Positions 1-15,688 of a DNA stretch of 64,000 bases are shown here, piece after piece. This stretch comes from Octopus vulgaris. Taxonomy: Eukaryota. A program made the position numbers and the translations under genes. Location of the stretch: contig OX597842.1 in the NCBI GenBank assembly GCA_951406725.2, positions 11,222,001 through 11,286,000 of the forward strand. The letters run 5' to 3'. The notes beneath the pieces were generated by a model that saw only the letters and a program-made list of their open reading frames with translations, searched no databases and was not told the DNA's origin. The stretch's first letter is position 1. Every line of letters begins with the position of its first letter.

Positions 1-2
1 AA

Positions 3-140
3 ATACGAGACTCCAATACTAGACAGATTCCACTGAGAGTACACATAGGCATATGTGCAAAAAACAAGTCTCCCAAATTGCAGGTCTACCCATTCTACCT
101 TTGTTTAGCGAATACCACAGATAGTATAACCAAGACTTAA
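3..140 (+). pseudogene. Probable Penelope-like element GIY-YIG endonuclease C-terminal relic
   Basis: Frame from nt 3 reads IRDSNTRQIPLRVHIGICAKNKSPKLQVYPFYLCL, which resembles the IRD..TRQIPLS.H...C....F..FPFY C-terminus of PLE ORFs (recognised from memory). A decayed HHR-like core (CTGACGC 360-366 ... GAAACGCCTA from 380) lies downstream. Confidence 0.55.
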
Positions 141-594
141 TAAACTTTAAATATTCACACACAAAATTCATTCTGCCACTCATCCTGAGGAAACTACACA
201 GCTAACAACCTAAGTTTTAGCCACTGGTCTACATACAAACAGATCTTGTCCACTCTCCCACCAGACAAACTAAATACGGAGTGCCTTGAGTATAACCAAA
301 CCTGTTCACTCAACCGTGTTGGCCTTCTTTTTAAGCGCAAAATATACTTTCACGTGACACTGACGCACGAACTTAGCGAGAAACGCCTAAGAGGTTATAA
401 ACTCAATCACTTGTTCATTCAATACAAACATTTGACAGAAAACATTCAGAGCATTGATTGTTCGGACATGTTCAGTCAACCGTGTCAGCCTTACGGACAT
501 GTTCTTATTGACAGACAGACGGTGATCTGCTTCGTGTTTATAGTATCAGATATAAAAATCTGTTGAGTGAGTGTGCAATATTTCTTTTATAGGA

Positions 595-992
595 AGGCAA
601 CGAGCTGGCAGAATCGTTAGCACGCCGGGCGAAATGCGTAGCCGCATTTCGTCTGCCCTTACGTTCTGAGTTCAAATTCCGCCGAGGTCGACTTTGCCTT
701 TCATCCTTTCGGGGTCGATTAAATAAAATACCAGTTACGCACCGGGGTCAATGTAATCGACTTAATCCGTTTGTCTGTCCTTGTTTGTCCCCTCTGTGTT
801 TATCCCCTTGTGGGTAGTAAAGAAATAGGTATTTCGTCTGCCGCTACGTTCTGAGTTCAAATTCCGCCTAGGTCGACTTTGCCTTTCATCCTTTCGGGGT
901 CGATAAATTAAGTACCAGTTACGCACTGGGGCCAATCTAATCCACTGTCCCCGTCTCCTAGCATTGCGGGACTTGCGCTTAGAGTAGAAAAG
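595..992 (+). mobile_element. tRNA-derived SINE family B with internal partial duplication and 18-bp TSD
   Basis: Head AGGCAACGAGCTGGCAGAATCGTTAG ... GAGTTCAAATTCC (A/B-box-like). TSD AATATTTCTTTTATAGGA at 577-594 and 993-1010. Homologous copies at 24881 and 46891. Confidence 0.85.
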
Positions 993-1566
993 AATATTTC
1001 TTTTATAGGACAAAAAATTACGCTATTCATACATAGCTTTAATTGCTTCGAGATTCACTGTCCCAAAACAAAAATTTATATTTGGTCAGAGGTTACATCT
1101 TGCAAGACACTTGCCCAAGACGCTTGCCCAAGAGGAGCTAAACCCGAAACCTCGCGGCTCCAAGGCAAATATCTTCTCATCACAGCCAAGCCTACTTTTC
1201 GAATAACCTCGTAGAAACGTTACAGGAATGGTGGAAACCAAGATTAATTAATTATTAAGAGTAATACCTACCGTGGATTTCCAATAAAGCTTTCGCGTCA
1301 TATTTAACGTATCATATATGTGCGAAAAGAAATATATGCACATATATATACACGCATACACATACTACACATACACATATAACAAGTATGTTCGTGTATA
1401 TATCTGTGTGTGTATGTGTGTGTGTATACGTGTGTGTATGAGCTTGATTATTGGCATATAATCCGTTCGTCTTTATTAATATTATATACTGACACACACA
1501 CACACACACACACATACAGATATATATACATATATATATATGTATATATGTATGGGTATATATATG

Positions 1567-1598
<32 letters not shown>

Positions 1599-1754
1599 TT
1601 TTATATATATATATATATATATATCAGCAATGATACACGTAACCCCGGACAAATCCATATATGCACAAAGAGAAAGATGTGTATATATATATATATATAT
1701 ATGTGTGTGTATATATATACATCTATATATATGTATGTAAGTATATATATATAC

Positions 1755-1785
<31 letters not shown>

Positions 1786-2174
1786 TACACACATATATAT
1801 AGAGAGAGATAGAAAGGGAGACAGAGTATATATACACATATAGTATATATTTATTCTTATAAATATTTCATTCGTGTGTATATAATTCGTATTATATAAC
1901 CACGTAATTGTATGCGTGTGTATAAAGACGCGTATATATATATGTGTGTGCATATATAATCTCATACATATCCAGATGTATTTGCAAATGTTTCTATTAA
2001 GAAATGAAATGGTTTGTTCCACTCACACATAAATAAAAATGTTTCCTGTATACACACACGCAAGCACACACATACATATACATACATACATATATGCACT
2101 TAACCGTACACGAATATATGTATTCTAATCAGGGTCACACACAGAAATGGACACAGGCATAGACAAACACATAC

Positions 2175-2208
<34 letters not shown>

Positions 2209-2493
2209 ATATATATATATATATGCGCTGCGTGTGTGTATGTGTATACATACATATGCGTATACATAAACATACACAACCGCAGGTATGTATACGTAAT
2301 CTAACGACAGATAATCGAGTAAGCGAAGTGTGAACAACATCTCGTTCAAAGCACGAGATTTATAGTATTAAATTATGAAGAACACATGTGTGTTTATACA
2401 TACATATATACACGCATAACTATATATATACATACATATATGTGTGACGAGTGTATGTGTATATACATATGTGTTTATCTCTCTCTATCAGTC

Positions 2494-2582
<89 letters not shown>

Positions 2583-2589
2583 CTATATA

Positions 2590-2623
<34 letters not shown>

Positions 2624-3023
2624 AGTGTGTCTATATATATACATATATATACATATATGAATATATGCATATATATATATACATACATATTTATACATAT
2701 ATATATTTATATATTGATATATATATATATATATGTGTGTATATATATGTGTGTAAATATATGTATATATATATATATGATCACATGACACGCATTGGAT
2801 GTGTACAGGCGTCTACGAGAAATGTATTTAGTATACATATTAATGGACGCATCTATGCACGCCTATATATATATATATATATGCATATATGTATGTATAA
2901 TTATACACACGCACACACTCACATATATATATATGAATGAATTTGTGTGTGTACAAGTGTGTAGTGGGTGTATAATATTCACTGTGTAATACAGTCGCTG
3001 ATATGGAGATATTTCGAGAAATT

Positions 3024-3076
<53 letters not shown>

Positions 3077-3235
3077 GTTTTATATATGTTTTATTTTTTC
3101 TTTATATATTCTTTTAAAACTGTTTTCTATTAACAGCCAAAACACATCATCCATGTAGAATACTTTCACATAAGAGTGTAGATGTGTGGGGGGCTGCGAG
3201 TGTATACGTGCGCACGCACGTGTGTGTGTGTGCAC

Positions 3236-3402
<167 letters not shown>

Positions 3403-3560
3403 TGTGTGACTGTGTTTTTGCATATGTGTATCCTTTACATATATATGTGTATAAATTTAAAAACATCCTCATACAAAGACATCTACGTGTATATATTTAT
3501 TTGTATACATACTTACAAATATATATTTATAGATATACATCTATATCCAGTAATTTTCCT

Positions 3561-3610
<50 letters not shown>

Positions 3611-4049
3611 ATATGTATATATTTATATATATATATATATGTATGTATATATATATATATGTGTTGTGTGTGTGTGTATGTATGTATATAAATATATGTG
3701 AGCAGATATACACATATGTCTGTATAATTCCTAAATGTATAAACACACATAGATCCATAGAAACCAATTTATACACACGGACACACAGACACACACACAC
3801 ATTGAAACTCATATTACTGAAATTATTAATATCTCGCTTACAATCAATAACAAAAACTATCTGCTCGTTCATCAACATTAACTCCTGACGGCTACATACC
3901 AGTCTCTAATATTAATTATAAATATACACACGCACAGATATATAACACATTTATACACACACACACACACATATATATATATACACCTACACATAAACAA
4001 ACAGTATATTTGCATACACGTACACATATATAAATACATATATATAAGC

Positions 4050-4155
<106 letters not shown>

Positions 4156-4389
4156 GGGTCTCTGTGCTTGTGTATATATGTGGTTATATGTGGTTTTATG
4201 TCCTTAGGCTGGCCTATGATACATTTCCTTTACGTTTCGTTAATTAAGAATTGACGGTTGATAACAGTACGTTACTGTCCCATGTCCTCATATTAAGACC
4301 ATTTGCGATGTGATATCCCCCGTGGTATAACCATGAATTTTGAACATCTTCGCGTATGAGAAAGTCACGCACATACACGCCTGCGCAGA

Positions 4390-4464
<75 letters not shown>

Positions 4465-4468
<4 letters not shown>

Positions 4469-4769
4469 GAAAGAATGGAGTCGAACGACGATTTAACAAA
4501 ATCCCTTTATTCTCGACATATGTTTCGAAGACTGCATATGCTTAATTCCGAAGGAATAAAGGGTGCATTATGCCGTCTTCTCATCAGGAAAGACAAGGAA
4601 CTTGTGTCAGCATCTTGACGAACAAAAACTTTTAGATGACTGCCCACACGGTGTCCATAGTGATAATGCACCCTTTATTCCTTCGGAATTAAGAATATGC
4701 AGTCTTCGAAACATATGTCGAGAATAAAGGAATTTTGTTAAATCGTCGTTCGACTCCATTCTTTCATTT
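4465..4769. mobile_element. HHR-bearing mini-element with 107-bp inverted repeat
   Basis: 4465-4571 is the near-perfect reverse complement of 4663-4769. A partial copy lies at ~18891-18996. Confidence 0.85.
4502..4600 (-). ncRNA. Type I hammerhead ribozyme
   Basis: Minus strand: UUCCUUGUCUUUC-CUGAUGA-GAAGAC...GUCUUC-GAAA-CAUAUG-UC/GAGAAUAAAGGGA. Stem II has 6 bp, stem III is palindromic, stem I has an internal loop. GUC cleavage predicted between 4515 and 4514. Confidence 0.85.
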
Positions 4770-4945
4770 ATCTATAAAAAAACACACAAATTTCCACACG
4801 AAAGCACATGATTTCTGCCCTTGGCATGTGGCTTCAACCGTGCTTTCTGATGTAAATTTGCTTCCCGGGTATCGGTTAACCGAATTATCCATACTAGGAT
4901 AATTTATTCAACTACTTAAACATTTATATATAGATATAGATATAG

Positions 4946-5076
<131 letters not shown>

Positions 5077-5077
5077 G

Positions 5078-6657
5078 TATGTAAGAGAGTCCTAGCAAGA
5101 CCACTGCAGTTCCTCTTTCAGAGCTTCCTTGCAGCTGGCAAACTTCCAAGAAAACTGAAGGAAGGTCCATTCATAAATGAGGTAGCAGAGCGGAGGCCAA
5201 GAACTACAGACCTATCTCTCTGACCTCACACATCAGCAAGGTCATGGAACGAATAGTCAGAAGGAAACTAATCACCTTCCTTGAAGAAAATGACTTGCTG
5301 CCTGACACCCAACATGGTTTCCGACCAGGAAGAAGCTGCTTAACTCAGCTCCTGCAGCACTATGACTGGGTGCTGAAACAACTGCTCAACCACTCAAATG
5401 TGGAAGTCATATATCTCGACTTCGCAAAGGCCTTCGATAAAGTCGATCATGGAATGATATGTCACAAACTGCGTGATCTTGGCATAGTTGGAAAACTAGG
5501 AGAATGGCTTCATGACTTTCTGAAGAATAGAAGTCAGGTGGTAGCACGCAAATAGTGAGCGGTGTTCCGCAGGGCACTGTTTTGGGACCACTACTGTTCA
5601 TAATGGACCTCTCAGACATGCCCTCAGCCACGCAGAGAGCCACGATCACAAGTTATGCAGATGATACAAAAGTTTCACAGGCAATACAGAACCCTGAAGA
5701 CACTAAGCACCTGCAATGTGAGCTGGACGAAATATACAAGTGGGCTGAAAAGAATAGCATGCAGTTCATTGCTGAAAAGTTTCAAGCTTTATACTATCAG
5801 CATGCAAAACTAAATGCAATACCCAATGAATACACTGGACCCGGAGGGATTGCAATCCCAGAGGCACAATCAGTGCGTGACCTGGGTATTCACATGAGTG
5901 ATGACGCGACCTTTCATGTACATGTTGCTAAACTGACAATGAAATGTAGACGGCTGGCTGGATGGATTCTTAGAACCTTTAGAACAAGAGAACAAGAAAC
6001 CATGATGGTCCTCTGGAAGACACTTGTCCTAAGCCACTTTGACTATTGCTCTCAGCTATGGTCACCATCCAGTGTCAAGTTGATCACAGAACTTGAGGCG
6101 ATCCAACGAAGCTACACGAAGAAGATAGCCTCTGTGCAGCATATGAGCTACTGGGAGAGACTCAAGAGATTAAAGCTCTATTCCCTGGAGCGTAGGCGAG
6201 AAAGATATGCCATAATATATATCTGGAAGATCCTGGAAGGTCTTGTCCCAGACTTTGGCATCGAGAGTCACACAAATGCCAGAACCGGACGCCACTGCGT
6301 AGTACCAAGGACTCCAAATTTGCCATCAAGATGTAGGACAAGATATTGTGATAGCCTGGGCTTCAGAGGCCCACGGCTCTTCAATATCCTCCCGAAGAAC
6401 CTGAGGGACCTGCATGGTGTAGATGCGGATGTCTTTAATGTAGGACTGGATTTCTTCCTGTCAGGTGCCCCGGATGAACCAACTTCACGGCAGGAGGTGC
6501 AGATGAGGGCAGCTGCATCGAACTCTCTCATGCATCAGATGGCGTTTGCTAAAAAGCATCCGTGAGGTAAAACCGTATAGCAAACCAAATGGCGGTGCCC
6601 CAGCATGGCCACAGCTCATTAGCTGAAACTGGAAAAATCAAAATCAAAATCAAAATC
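5078..6657 (+). mobile_element. 5'-truncated CR1-type LINE (reverse transcriptase) with frameshifting deletion, inserted in (TA)n
   Basis: ORFs 5244-5555 and 5555-6565 carry NYRPISLTS (just upstream), QHGFRPGRSC, YLDFAKAFDKV, SGVPQGTVLGPLLF and YADD. In-frame stop near 5178. 3' (AAATC)n tail at ~6635-6657. Confidence 0.93.
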
Positions 6658-6715
6658 ATATATATATATATATATATATATTTCTGTAAATGTAATATGT
6701 GACAATTATTCAGTA

Positions 6716-6784
6716 GCCATGTAAAACTCCGAGTTTCGGATGCCGAGGTGGAAATCCACGCCGCCATCTCTTCAGTTATCCGGC
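6716..6784 (-). ncRNA. Type I hammerhead ribozyme in a short inverted-repeat element (6683-6890)
   Basis: GCCGGAUAA-CUGAAGA-GAUG...CAUC-C-GAAA-CUCGGAG-UU/UUACAUGGC, with one extra C before GAAA. Inverted repeat 6683-6721 vs 6785-6824. Family fragments at ~7823-7920 and ~45330-45380. Confidence 0.65.
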
Positions 6785-8026
6785 CATGGCTACCGAATAA
6801 TTGTTACATATTTACATTTACAGATAAATTCCTCTCTTTACATAATATCGAGGTCTCTTTCTTTTGTTATCTTATCGTTTTTTATCAATATATATATATA
6901 TATATATACGTAATTCTATGTGTGTGTATGTGTATATATATAAATATAAGATCTAGGCATCGAGGTGTAGGAAGAAAGTTAGCTTCAAGTAAACTGCAGT
7001 AAATATTTAAAAAATCAACATTCAGGGACAATAGTGGTGTATTGACGCGGGAGGTTGCGGATATTTTTCCTATCGTTGTATGATAACTTGAAACAAAAGT
7101 TATTATATTTCACGGTAGGTTACCTTGGTTACCGGGTATCCGATTAAGAATACAAGAGTTAAAGAAAGGAGTAGATGAGATCCGGGTTACATACGTTTCA
7201 TAGCGAACCGAACCTCAGAAGTTATAAATCTCCAATTGAGATCTTTACCACAGACTGCTTTCCGGGCCAATTTTGACCGTTATTAAGACAAAAGAGCTTT
7301 GGAATGACCGCTAAGTTAGGGGAGGGAGTAACGGTAAGGGAGTAAAAATGTTCATAGTAATCGCGTAAGCCCGCATGTCCATACACACACATGCGCGCCC
7401 GGAAACCCACGTACATGCGCCTATATGTATATATTCATCCACCCTCACTTGAAACACACACATACTCACCCACACATTCGCCAAAAATATATATATATAG
7501 CTGCATACACGCTCGCACACACGCACACGCGCACACAAAGGTTCATACACATGTCTATATATGCACATGCACAAGAAAAAACAGGGCTGAAAGCAAAATG
7601 CAGAAAATGTGTAAAAAAGTGTAAAAAAATATGCAATAATATCAAAACACGTATATATACGCACATACTCGCATACACGCACACACACGTCTTATATGCA
7701 TATACACGCACACATGCACACATCCACACGCGCGCACAAAAAAATTCCATACACACGTCTATATACGCACAGGAAAAATGGATGGTGGAATGTAGAATAC
7801 AGAAAAATTGTGTAAAAAATATATAATTGTCACATTTTATATTTACAGATAAATTCCTCTATTTAAATAATATCGAGGTCTCTCTCATTCCTTTTTATGT
7901 CTCGCCATTTCTATCAATATATATAAGCATAGAGATATAAGCATGCGCAAATGAAGACATACAATAGAAATGCAAAATGGCTGACGGTTAGTAAGGAGAG
8001 ACACAAATAAGAAAGAAGAAAACAAA

Positions 8027-8071
8027 GGACCACTGATGCGGTCACAGGAGTGTGACGAAAGAACTCTGGCC
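8027..8071 (+). ncRNA. Hammerhead ribozyme with A9C core mutation, in element ~7925-8190
   Basis: GGACCA-CUGAUGC-G-GUCAC-AGGAGU-GUGAC-GAAA-GAAC-UC/UGGCC. The paralogue at 42316-42360 has intact CUGAUGA. Confidence 0.7.
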
Positions 8072-8198
8072 GAAATAAGATTAAGATTAATGTAAAAAAT
8101 AAGTAACACTGAAGCAAAATAACACCAAATATATAGTGCATGTGTTTTTATTGGCTAAACTGGCAAAATGACCATTCCGAAATATAACAATATATATA

Positions 8199-8260
<62 letters not shown>

Positions 8261-8583
8261 CAAAATGGGACAAGGACGCAAAACATCCAGGGATTTAGGC
8301 GATACAAGAAAGGGACACAAAAACATCCAGATAGACGATACAAGCAAAACAAGGACGGGTCATTCGGAGTTTTTTCCTCAGTCGAGTTCCAGATTATCTT
8401 TGCAATTTCGGCTGATTATTCTTGAGATTGCTCCAATGTGGCCAGCCCCAAGCAAAAACTAAGTTAAGTGCATTAAATTTCTTGGAAGAATGCAGCGAAT
8501 GTACACAAAAACAAGGACGGAATGAACGGAGAAATTTACAGTGGCATACGTATACTTTGGTCTCTCTCTCTCTCACTCTCTCT

Positions 8584-8985
<402 letters not shown>

Positions 8986-9000
8986 TATATATATATATAC

Positions 9001-9074
<74 letters not shown>

Positions 9075-9155
9075 CAAACACTTTCCACGCTGCAATTGTT
9101 TTCGTTCCAACACACGATCTCAGATCAAATCACTTGCTATGCGAGTACATCTCCC

Positions 9156-9216
<61 letters not shown>

Positions 9217-9480
9217 TATCTGTTCCATACCTTGACTCTTGTATTCTTATTCGCGTACCCGGCAACCTTGGTGCCAGCTGTGCTATATATAATTTTTTTT
9301 TTTTTATTTATCGTAATTCGATACGAAAACACTCCACAACCTTCCGTCTCAATAAACCAATATTATCCCTGAAATTTGCTTTTCATATTTACTACGGATT
9401 GCTCGAAGCAAACTTTCTTCCTGCACCTTGATACTTGGATCTTATATATACCAATTATCTTATATAATACATATACACAT

Positions 9481-9513
<33 letters not shown>

Positions 9514-9517
9514 CATA

Positions 9518-9580
<63 letters not shown>

Positions 9581-9581
9581 T

Positions 9582-9647
<66 letters not shown>

Positions 9648-10295
9648 ATAAATGCAACAGAGGGCATTAAAACGTTCGGACAGATAGACAACACAAAGGC
9701 ACATAAGAGAAACAAAAGCTAGAAGGACAGGCAAAGCATTCTTGGCGTTCTTTCATCAGTCAGGTACCACAAGTCACTACTATTTCGGACAGTTACACTT
9801 GAGATAGTTCTATCTGGTTGTCGCCAAAAGAGTCTAAGGTAAGAGCATTAGACCCCTTTGTAAGAAAGCTGGCGAATGTGTACTGCAACAAAGACAAAGA
9901 CAAATAAAATGGAGTAAATGGTACGCAATTACGAATACAACAATAAATAACAACAGGCGTCTTTCGACTGAGAACGATTCAAATTGAGCTGGAGTGTATG
10001 AAGTGAAAGCCTAAAGGCAGGAACATGGGAGATGGACAAAAGACGCGTTGGCGATCGGCAGTCAGGCCAAGAAACAAAGATCATGGCTGACCGGTCACCG
10101 GTCACGTGGAAGGAGGAGAGATGGGTACGGGACAGCGGGATTGGAATATTTGAAAAAAAAATCAAAGGGAAAGGTGAAGGGGAGGTAAACGAGTGGGAAA
10201 TAGAGGGAATTAAAGAAAGAGAGGGCCAAGAAATCTGAGAGAGGGGGAATAAAAGATAGATACTTGGATCTTACACACACACACACATATATATA

Positions 10296-10723
10296 CTCTT
10301 TTTTTACTCTTTTACTCTTTCTACTTGTTTCAGTCATTTGACTGCGGCCATGCTGGAGCACCGCCTTTAGTCGAGCAAATCGACCCCGGGACTTATTCTT
10401 TGTAAGCCCAGTACTTATTCTATCGGTCTCTTTTTGCCGAACCGCTAAGTGACGGGGACGTAAACACACCAGCATCGGTTGTCAAGCAATGCTAGGGGGA
10501 CAAACACAGACACACAAACATATACACACACACACACATATATATATATATACATATATACGAGAGGCTTCTTTCAGTTTCCGTCTACCAAATCGACCCA
10601 CAAAGTATTGGTCGGCCCGGGGCTATAGCAGAAGACACTTGCCCAAGATGTCACGCAGTGGGACTGAACCCGGAACCATGTGGTTGGTTAGCAAGCTACT
10701 TACCACACAGCCACTCCTGCGCC
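10296..10723 (-). mobile_element. tRNA-derived SINE family A (Octopus OK/OR-type), full length
   Basis: Minus-strand head AGGAGTGGCTGTGTGGTAAG...GGTTCAGTCCC, internal (TA)/(TG) tract and (AAAAGAGT)n tail. More than 15 copies or fragments in the window. Confidence 0.9.
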
Positions 10724-10777
10724 TATATATATATTATATTATATTATATTATATTATATTATATTATATTATATATA

Positions 10778-11011
10778 CAGGGTTGGCCAAAAGTCAGCTG
10801 ACAGTAAATCAATACCATTTAATTCCAAGATTTATTTATTTGTAACGACTGAATGATTTTAATAAGAGCATCTAAATATGAAACATTATGAAATTTGTTC
10901 AATCGGAAATCCTTTTTAACCAACGCCATTTTCCCAAATGATTAAATAAAATTGAATATTAAGTACAGACGGAGTTCTGATTTACTGTCGGGTGACTTTA
11001 GGCCAACCCTG
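10778..11011. mobile_element. Tc1/mariner-type MITE, 234 bp
   Basis: 34-bp TIRs CAGGGTTGGCCAAAAGTCAGCTGACAGTAAATCA / TGATTTACTGTCGGGTGACTTTAGGCCAACCCTG, with TA on both sides. Confidence 0.88.
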
Positions 11012-11026
11012 TATATATATACATAT

Positions 11027-11431
11027 CTCTTTTACTCTTTTACTTGTTTCAGTCATTCGACTGCGGCCATGCTGGAGCAATGCCTTTAATCGAGCAACTA
11101 GACCCCGGGACTTATTCTTTTGTGAGCCCAGTACTTATTCTATCGGTCTTTTTTGCCGAACCGCTAAGTAACGGGGACGTAAACACACCAGCATCGGTTG
11201 TCAAGCAATGCTTGGGGGACAAACACAGACACACAAACATACACGCACACAAACATATATATATACATATATACAACGGGCTTCTTTCAGTTTCCGTCTA
11301 CCAAATCCACTCAAAAGGCCTTGGTCTGCTCCATGCTATAGTAGAAGACACTTACCCAACATGACAGAGAGCGGGACTGAACCTGAAAACGTATGCTTGG
11401 GAAGCAAGATTCTTACTACATAGCCACGCCT
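11027..11431 (-). mobile_element. SINE family A, diverged copy
   Basis: Homology to 10296-10723. Confidence 0.85.
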
Positions 11432-11534
11432 ACGTATATGATACATATATATATGTATATACACACACACACACATACACACACATATATATATATATAT
11501 ACACATATATATATATATATATACATACATATAT

Positions 11535-11570
<36 letters not shown>

Positions 11571-11583
11571 GATGAGAAACATA

Positions 11584-11636
<53 letters not shown>

Positions 11637-12178
11637 CATACATGTATGTAATATAAATTTCTGAATTTTGTGAATCTTCAGATTTTTCCAATATGCAAGG
11701 CCACTGGTTTAAATTGATATTAATCAAATTAATATCAATTTTTTAGCTTTATTACTTAAATGTATATATATATATACATACAAATTTATGTGATATTGTG
11801 GTTTATTTGTGTATTTTTCGACATTTATTTCTAGCAAAGCTGTTACTATCTTGTACCCTTGATTATAAATAATATATATTTAGCTTTTTGGTTTTTATGC
11901 CTGCTAGCCAGTTACATTATTATTATTTATTAATAACATCTTAATTTTATTAATAATATCTTTATTTATGTATAATTATACACTTGTAACTTTTGAATTT
12001 GGCGCTAGTCTTTCAACGATTTTAACAAGCAGGACGAAGTGAGACCCACTTTAGAGAACTAAGGTTAATATCTCAGAGTTAGACATCACGTGATATGGGT
12101 ATATCTGAAAATTCATTTGCCTCTTTCCTTCGCAAATGCGGTGAGCTGGTAGTGTCGTTAGCAGGTCGGTCGAAATAC

Positions 12179-12812
12179 ATGATGTTTGGAGGCAAGGATT
12201 ATGGCAGCATTGACCAACTTAAACAAGGAGACCGTCAAGAAGACTTACAAGAGATTCTGAAGTCGTCTGGTAGGCCGTGGTTGAAGCCAATGGCGATTTT
12301 ATTGAATAAATTTACTCTTTAGTATTTCAAGATATTTTTATACAATTTTGGTAAATATATCTGTGATCACTAGTGATGGTGACGTTATACTTCCATTCAT
12401 CTTCTCACATGACCTCAGACTCGACACAGAGACCCACATCAAGGTCCTGGAGGAAGTAGTGCTGCCTTGAGTCAAGAGGGTGGCTCTTGGAAGACCCTAT
12501 GTTTTGCAACTAGACACTGATCTATGCCACACAAGCAGAACACAACTCCCCACACTACACACCTCTTGATTATTAATTGTGATGCGCAGTTGAATGAGAG
12601 ACCAAGAGAACTCCTTGTAATACCAAAGATGAACCCTAAGGCAAGGATTATGGCAGCATTGACCAACTTAAACAAGGAGACAGTCAAGAAGACTTACAAG
12701 AGATTCTGAAGTCGTCTGGAGGCCGTGGTTGAAGTCAATGGCGATTTTATTGAATAAATTTACTCTTTAGTATTTCAAGATATTTTTATACAATTTTGGT
12801 AAATATATCTGT
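12179..12812 (+). pseudogene. Tc1/mariner-superfamily transposase relic with internal duplication
   Basis: Reads MMFG|VITSDGDVILPFIF..LRLDTETHIKVLEEVVLP*VKRVALGRPYVLQLD...CHTSR...KARIMAALTNLNKETVKK..KRF*SRLEAVVEVNGDFIE* (stop 12755-12757). 12190-12364 duplicates 12639-12812. Confidence 0.8.
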
Positions 12813-13217
12813 TAAAATGAGATGTCAGAGTTATTTTCATTTTTGTGTAATTTAGATGACAGTAAATGCACTTTATTCGATGAGGGCGCTGCTTGTACGT
12901 GACCTTGGCCAACGTCACTAAAATCTAGCTAAGATCATATTGAGACGTATTGTATGGATTGAGGCGATGATGGCGAAGATGGGGATGATGATGATGGTGG
13001 TGAGGTGGTAGTGGTGGTGGTGGTCGTCGTATTGGAGTTTGCAGAGACGCAACCAGAGATTTATGCATATTAGGTATTTCAGAGGTGTGTGTGTGTGTGT
13101 ATGTCTATCAGTGGATGGGTGACTGTGGTTGTGTGTGAATGCGTGTATACATGATGTATGTAGGTATATATACATATGAATGTGTGTATCTATGTATATA
13201 TATATATACATATATAT

Positions 13218-13461
<244 letters not shown>

Positions 13462-13592
13462 GTATATATGCATGTGTGTAATATCTATATATTACCAGCA
13501 CAGACATTTCAACGCTCTCACTCCTATGTATGCGTAACAAAAGATATCTTCTCTATATACACACATTTTCACTTATATAAATGTGTAGTGTA

Positions 13593-13624
<32 letters not shown>

Positions 13625-13630
13625 CGTGTA

Positions 13631-13690
<60 letters not shown>

Positions 13691-13984
13691 CTTAGTTGTA
13701 ATTACATATGTATACTAACTCGTATAGCTCTCTCGTTCCTCCTCTCTGTCTCTCTCTCTGTAAATATATGCGTGTATATAATTTTGGATCAGATGCATAT
13801 ACATATATATATATATATCTATATGCATGTAATCATATATGTAATAATAAATACATACACATACGCGCGGAAACACACACACACACACACATATGTATAT
13901 ACGTAAATCTGCATATATGCATGCATGTATGTATCTATTTATATATATATATATACCTGTGCGTGTGCATGAATGTATTTATAA

Positions 13985-14028
<44 letters not shown>

Positions 14029-14323
14029 GTACGTATATATTCATATGTATATATATATACATATATATATACATATATATATAATATATATATACATATA
14101 TATATATATGTATATATAAATGTGTGTGTACCTGTTTATATATACATATACATATATATATACATATATGTATATATATTTATATATACACACATATATA
14201 TGTACATATATATATATATGTTTGTTTATATATATATATATGTGTGTGTGTGTGTATGTGTATATACACACATACACATATATATATATATACACACATA
14301 CATATACATATACACATACATAT

Positions 14324-14370
<47 letters not shown>

Positions 14371-14380
14371 TATATATATA

Positions 14381-14416
<36 letters not shown>

Positions 14417-14857
14417 TATTTATATATATATATATACATATATATATACATATATAGATACGCATATATATACATATATATACATGGACTTTTCTACGTG
14501 AGTAATAATACCTGAAATGCTTGCAATTTCCCAAATTTCCAGATTTAAATATTTCTCTCCGCTCTCCTCATTTACATCTCGACCGACAGCCGTTACGCCG
14601 TTTCCCCACACCATAACCCGGGACTATTTGCCGCTATTAAGGGTTGTCTAACCGCTATCAGCCCCTTACAGACACAATTGGTGTGCATCCAACTTTAGAG
14701 CTCAAAATATTTCAAAGGAAAAAAATACATGCTGTCTTGTTGATATTTTCGTTTTAAATTTCTTTTATAATGGATGCGCCATTTTCTCTGCATCCAAGAA
14801 ATTAGCTTTCTTTGTATAATATACAGAAATATATGCAGTTATATATCCGTGCATATT

Positions 14858-14900
<43 letters not shown>

Positions 14901-15097
14901 GCAGGCATTTAGAGATAGACAGACTGACAGAAAGAGATAAATATATACACAGAGGTAGATATATATATATATATATATAAATAGAGAGAGAGAGAGAAAA
15001 AGAGATTGATAGATAGATATACCTATAGATATACACATATACATATATATGAGTGTATATATATATGATATATATGGATGCATGCACACATGAATAA

Positions 15098-15132
<35 letters not shown>

Positions 15133-15618
15133 TAATGCATATATAAATATATATATATATATGCAAAGCAAAATATTAATGTATGAATTTATGTGTACAT
15201 ATAGATATATACATACTCTTATATCTTCATGCATTTTTATATATATATATATATATATTCACGCACACACGTATATGCGCACGCACGCACACACACACAT
15301 ATGTAGATATAGATATAAACACATGCATATGCATATATATATATATGTATGTGTATATGCATCTATGTATGTTCGTTTCTACATGTGTGCGTGTATATAT
15401 GTGTATATGTATATATGTATATATGTATATATGTGTAAGTGTGCATCTGTCCGCAAAAAAATGCGAATATTTTAAAATATACATTCGTCCATTGTTATAT
15501 GTGCAATATATCCAACACACATTTACACACACAAACACACATGGCTAAATTGTTATTCTTGTCTATTGCTAGATAAGCATTTTGCTTCTTGTACGCTTGC
15601 CGAGCAGACATAATTGCA

Positions 15619-15688
<70 letters not shown>

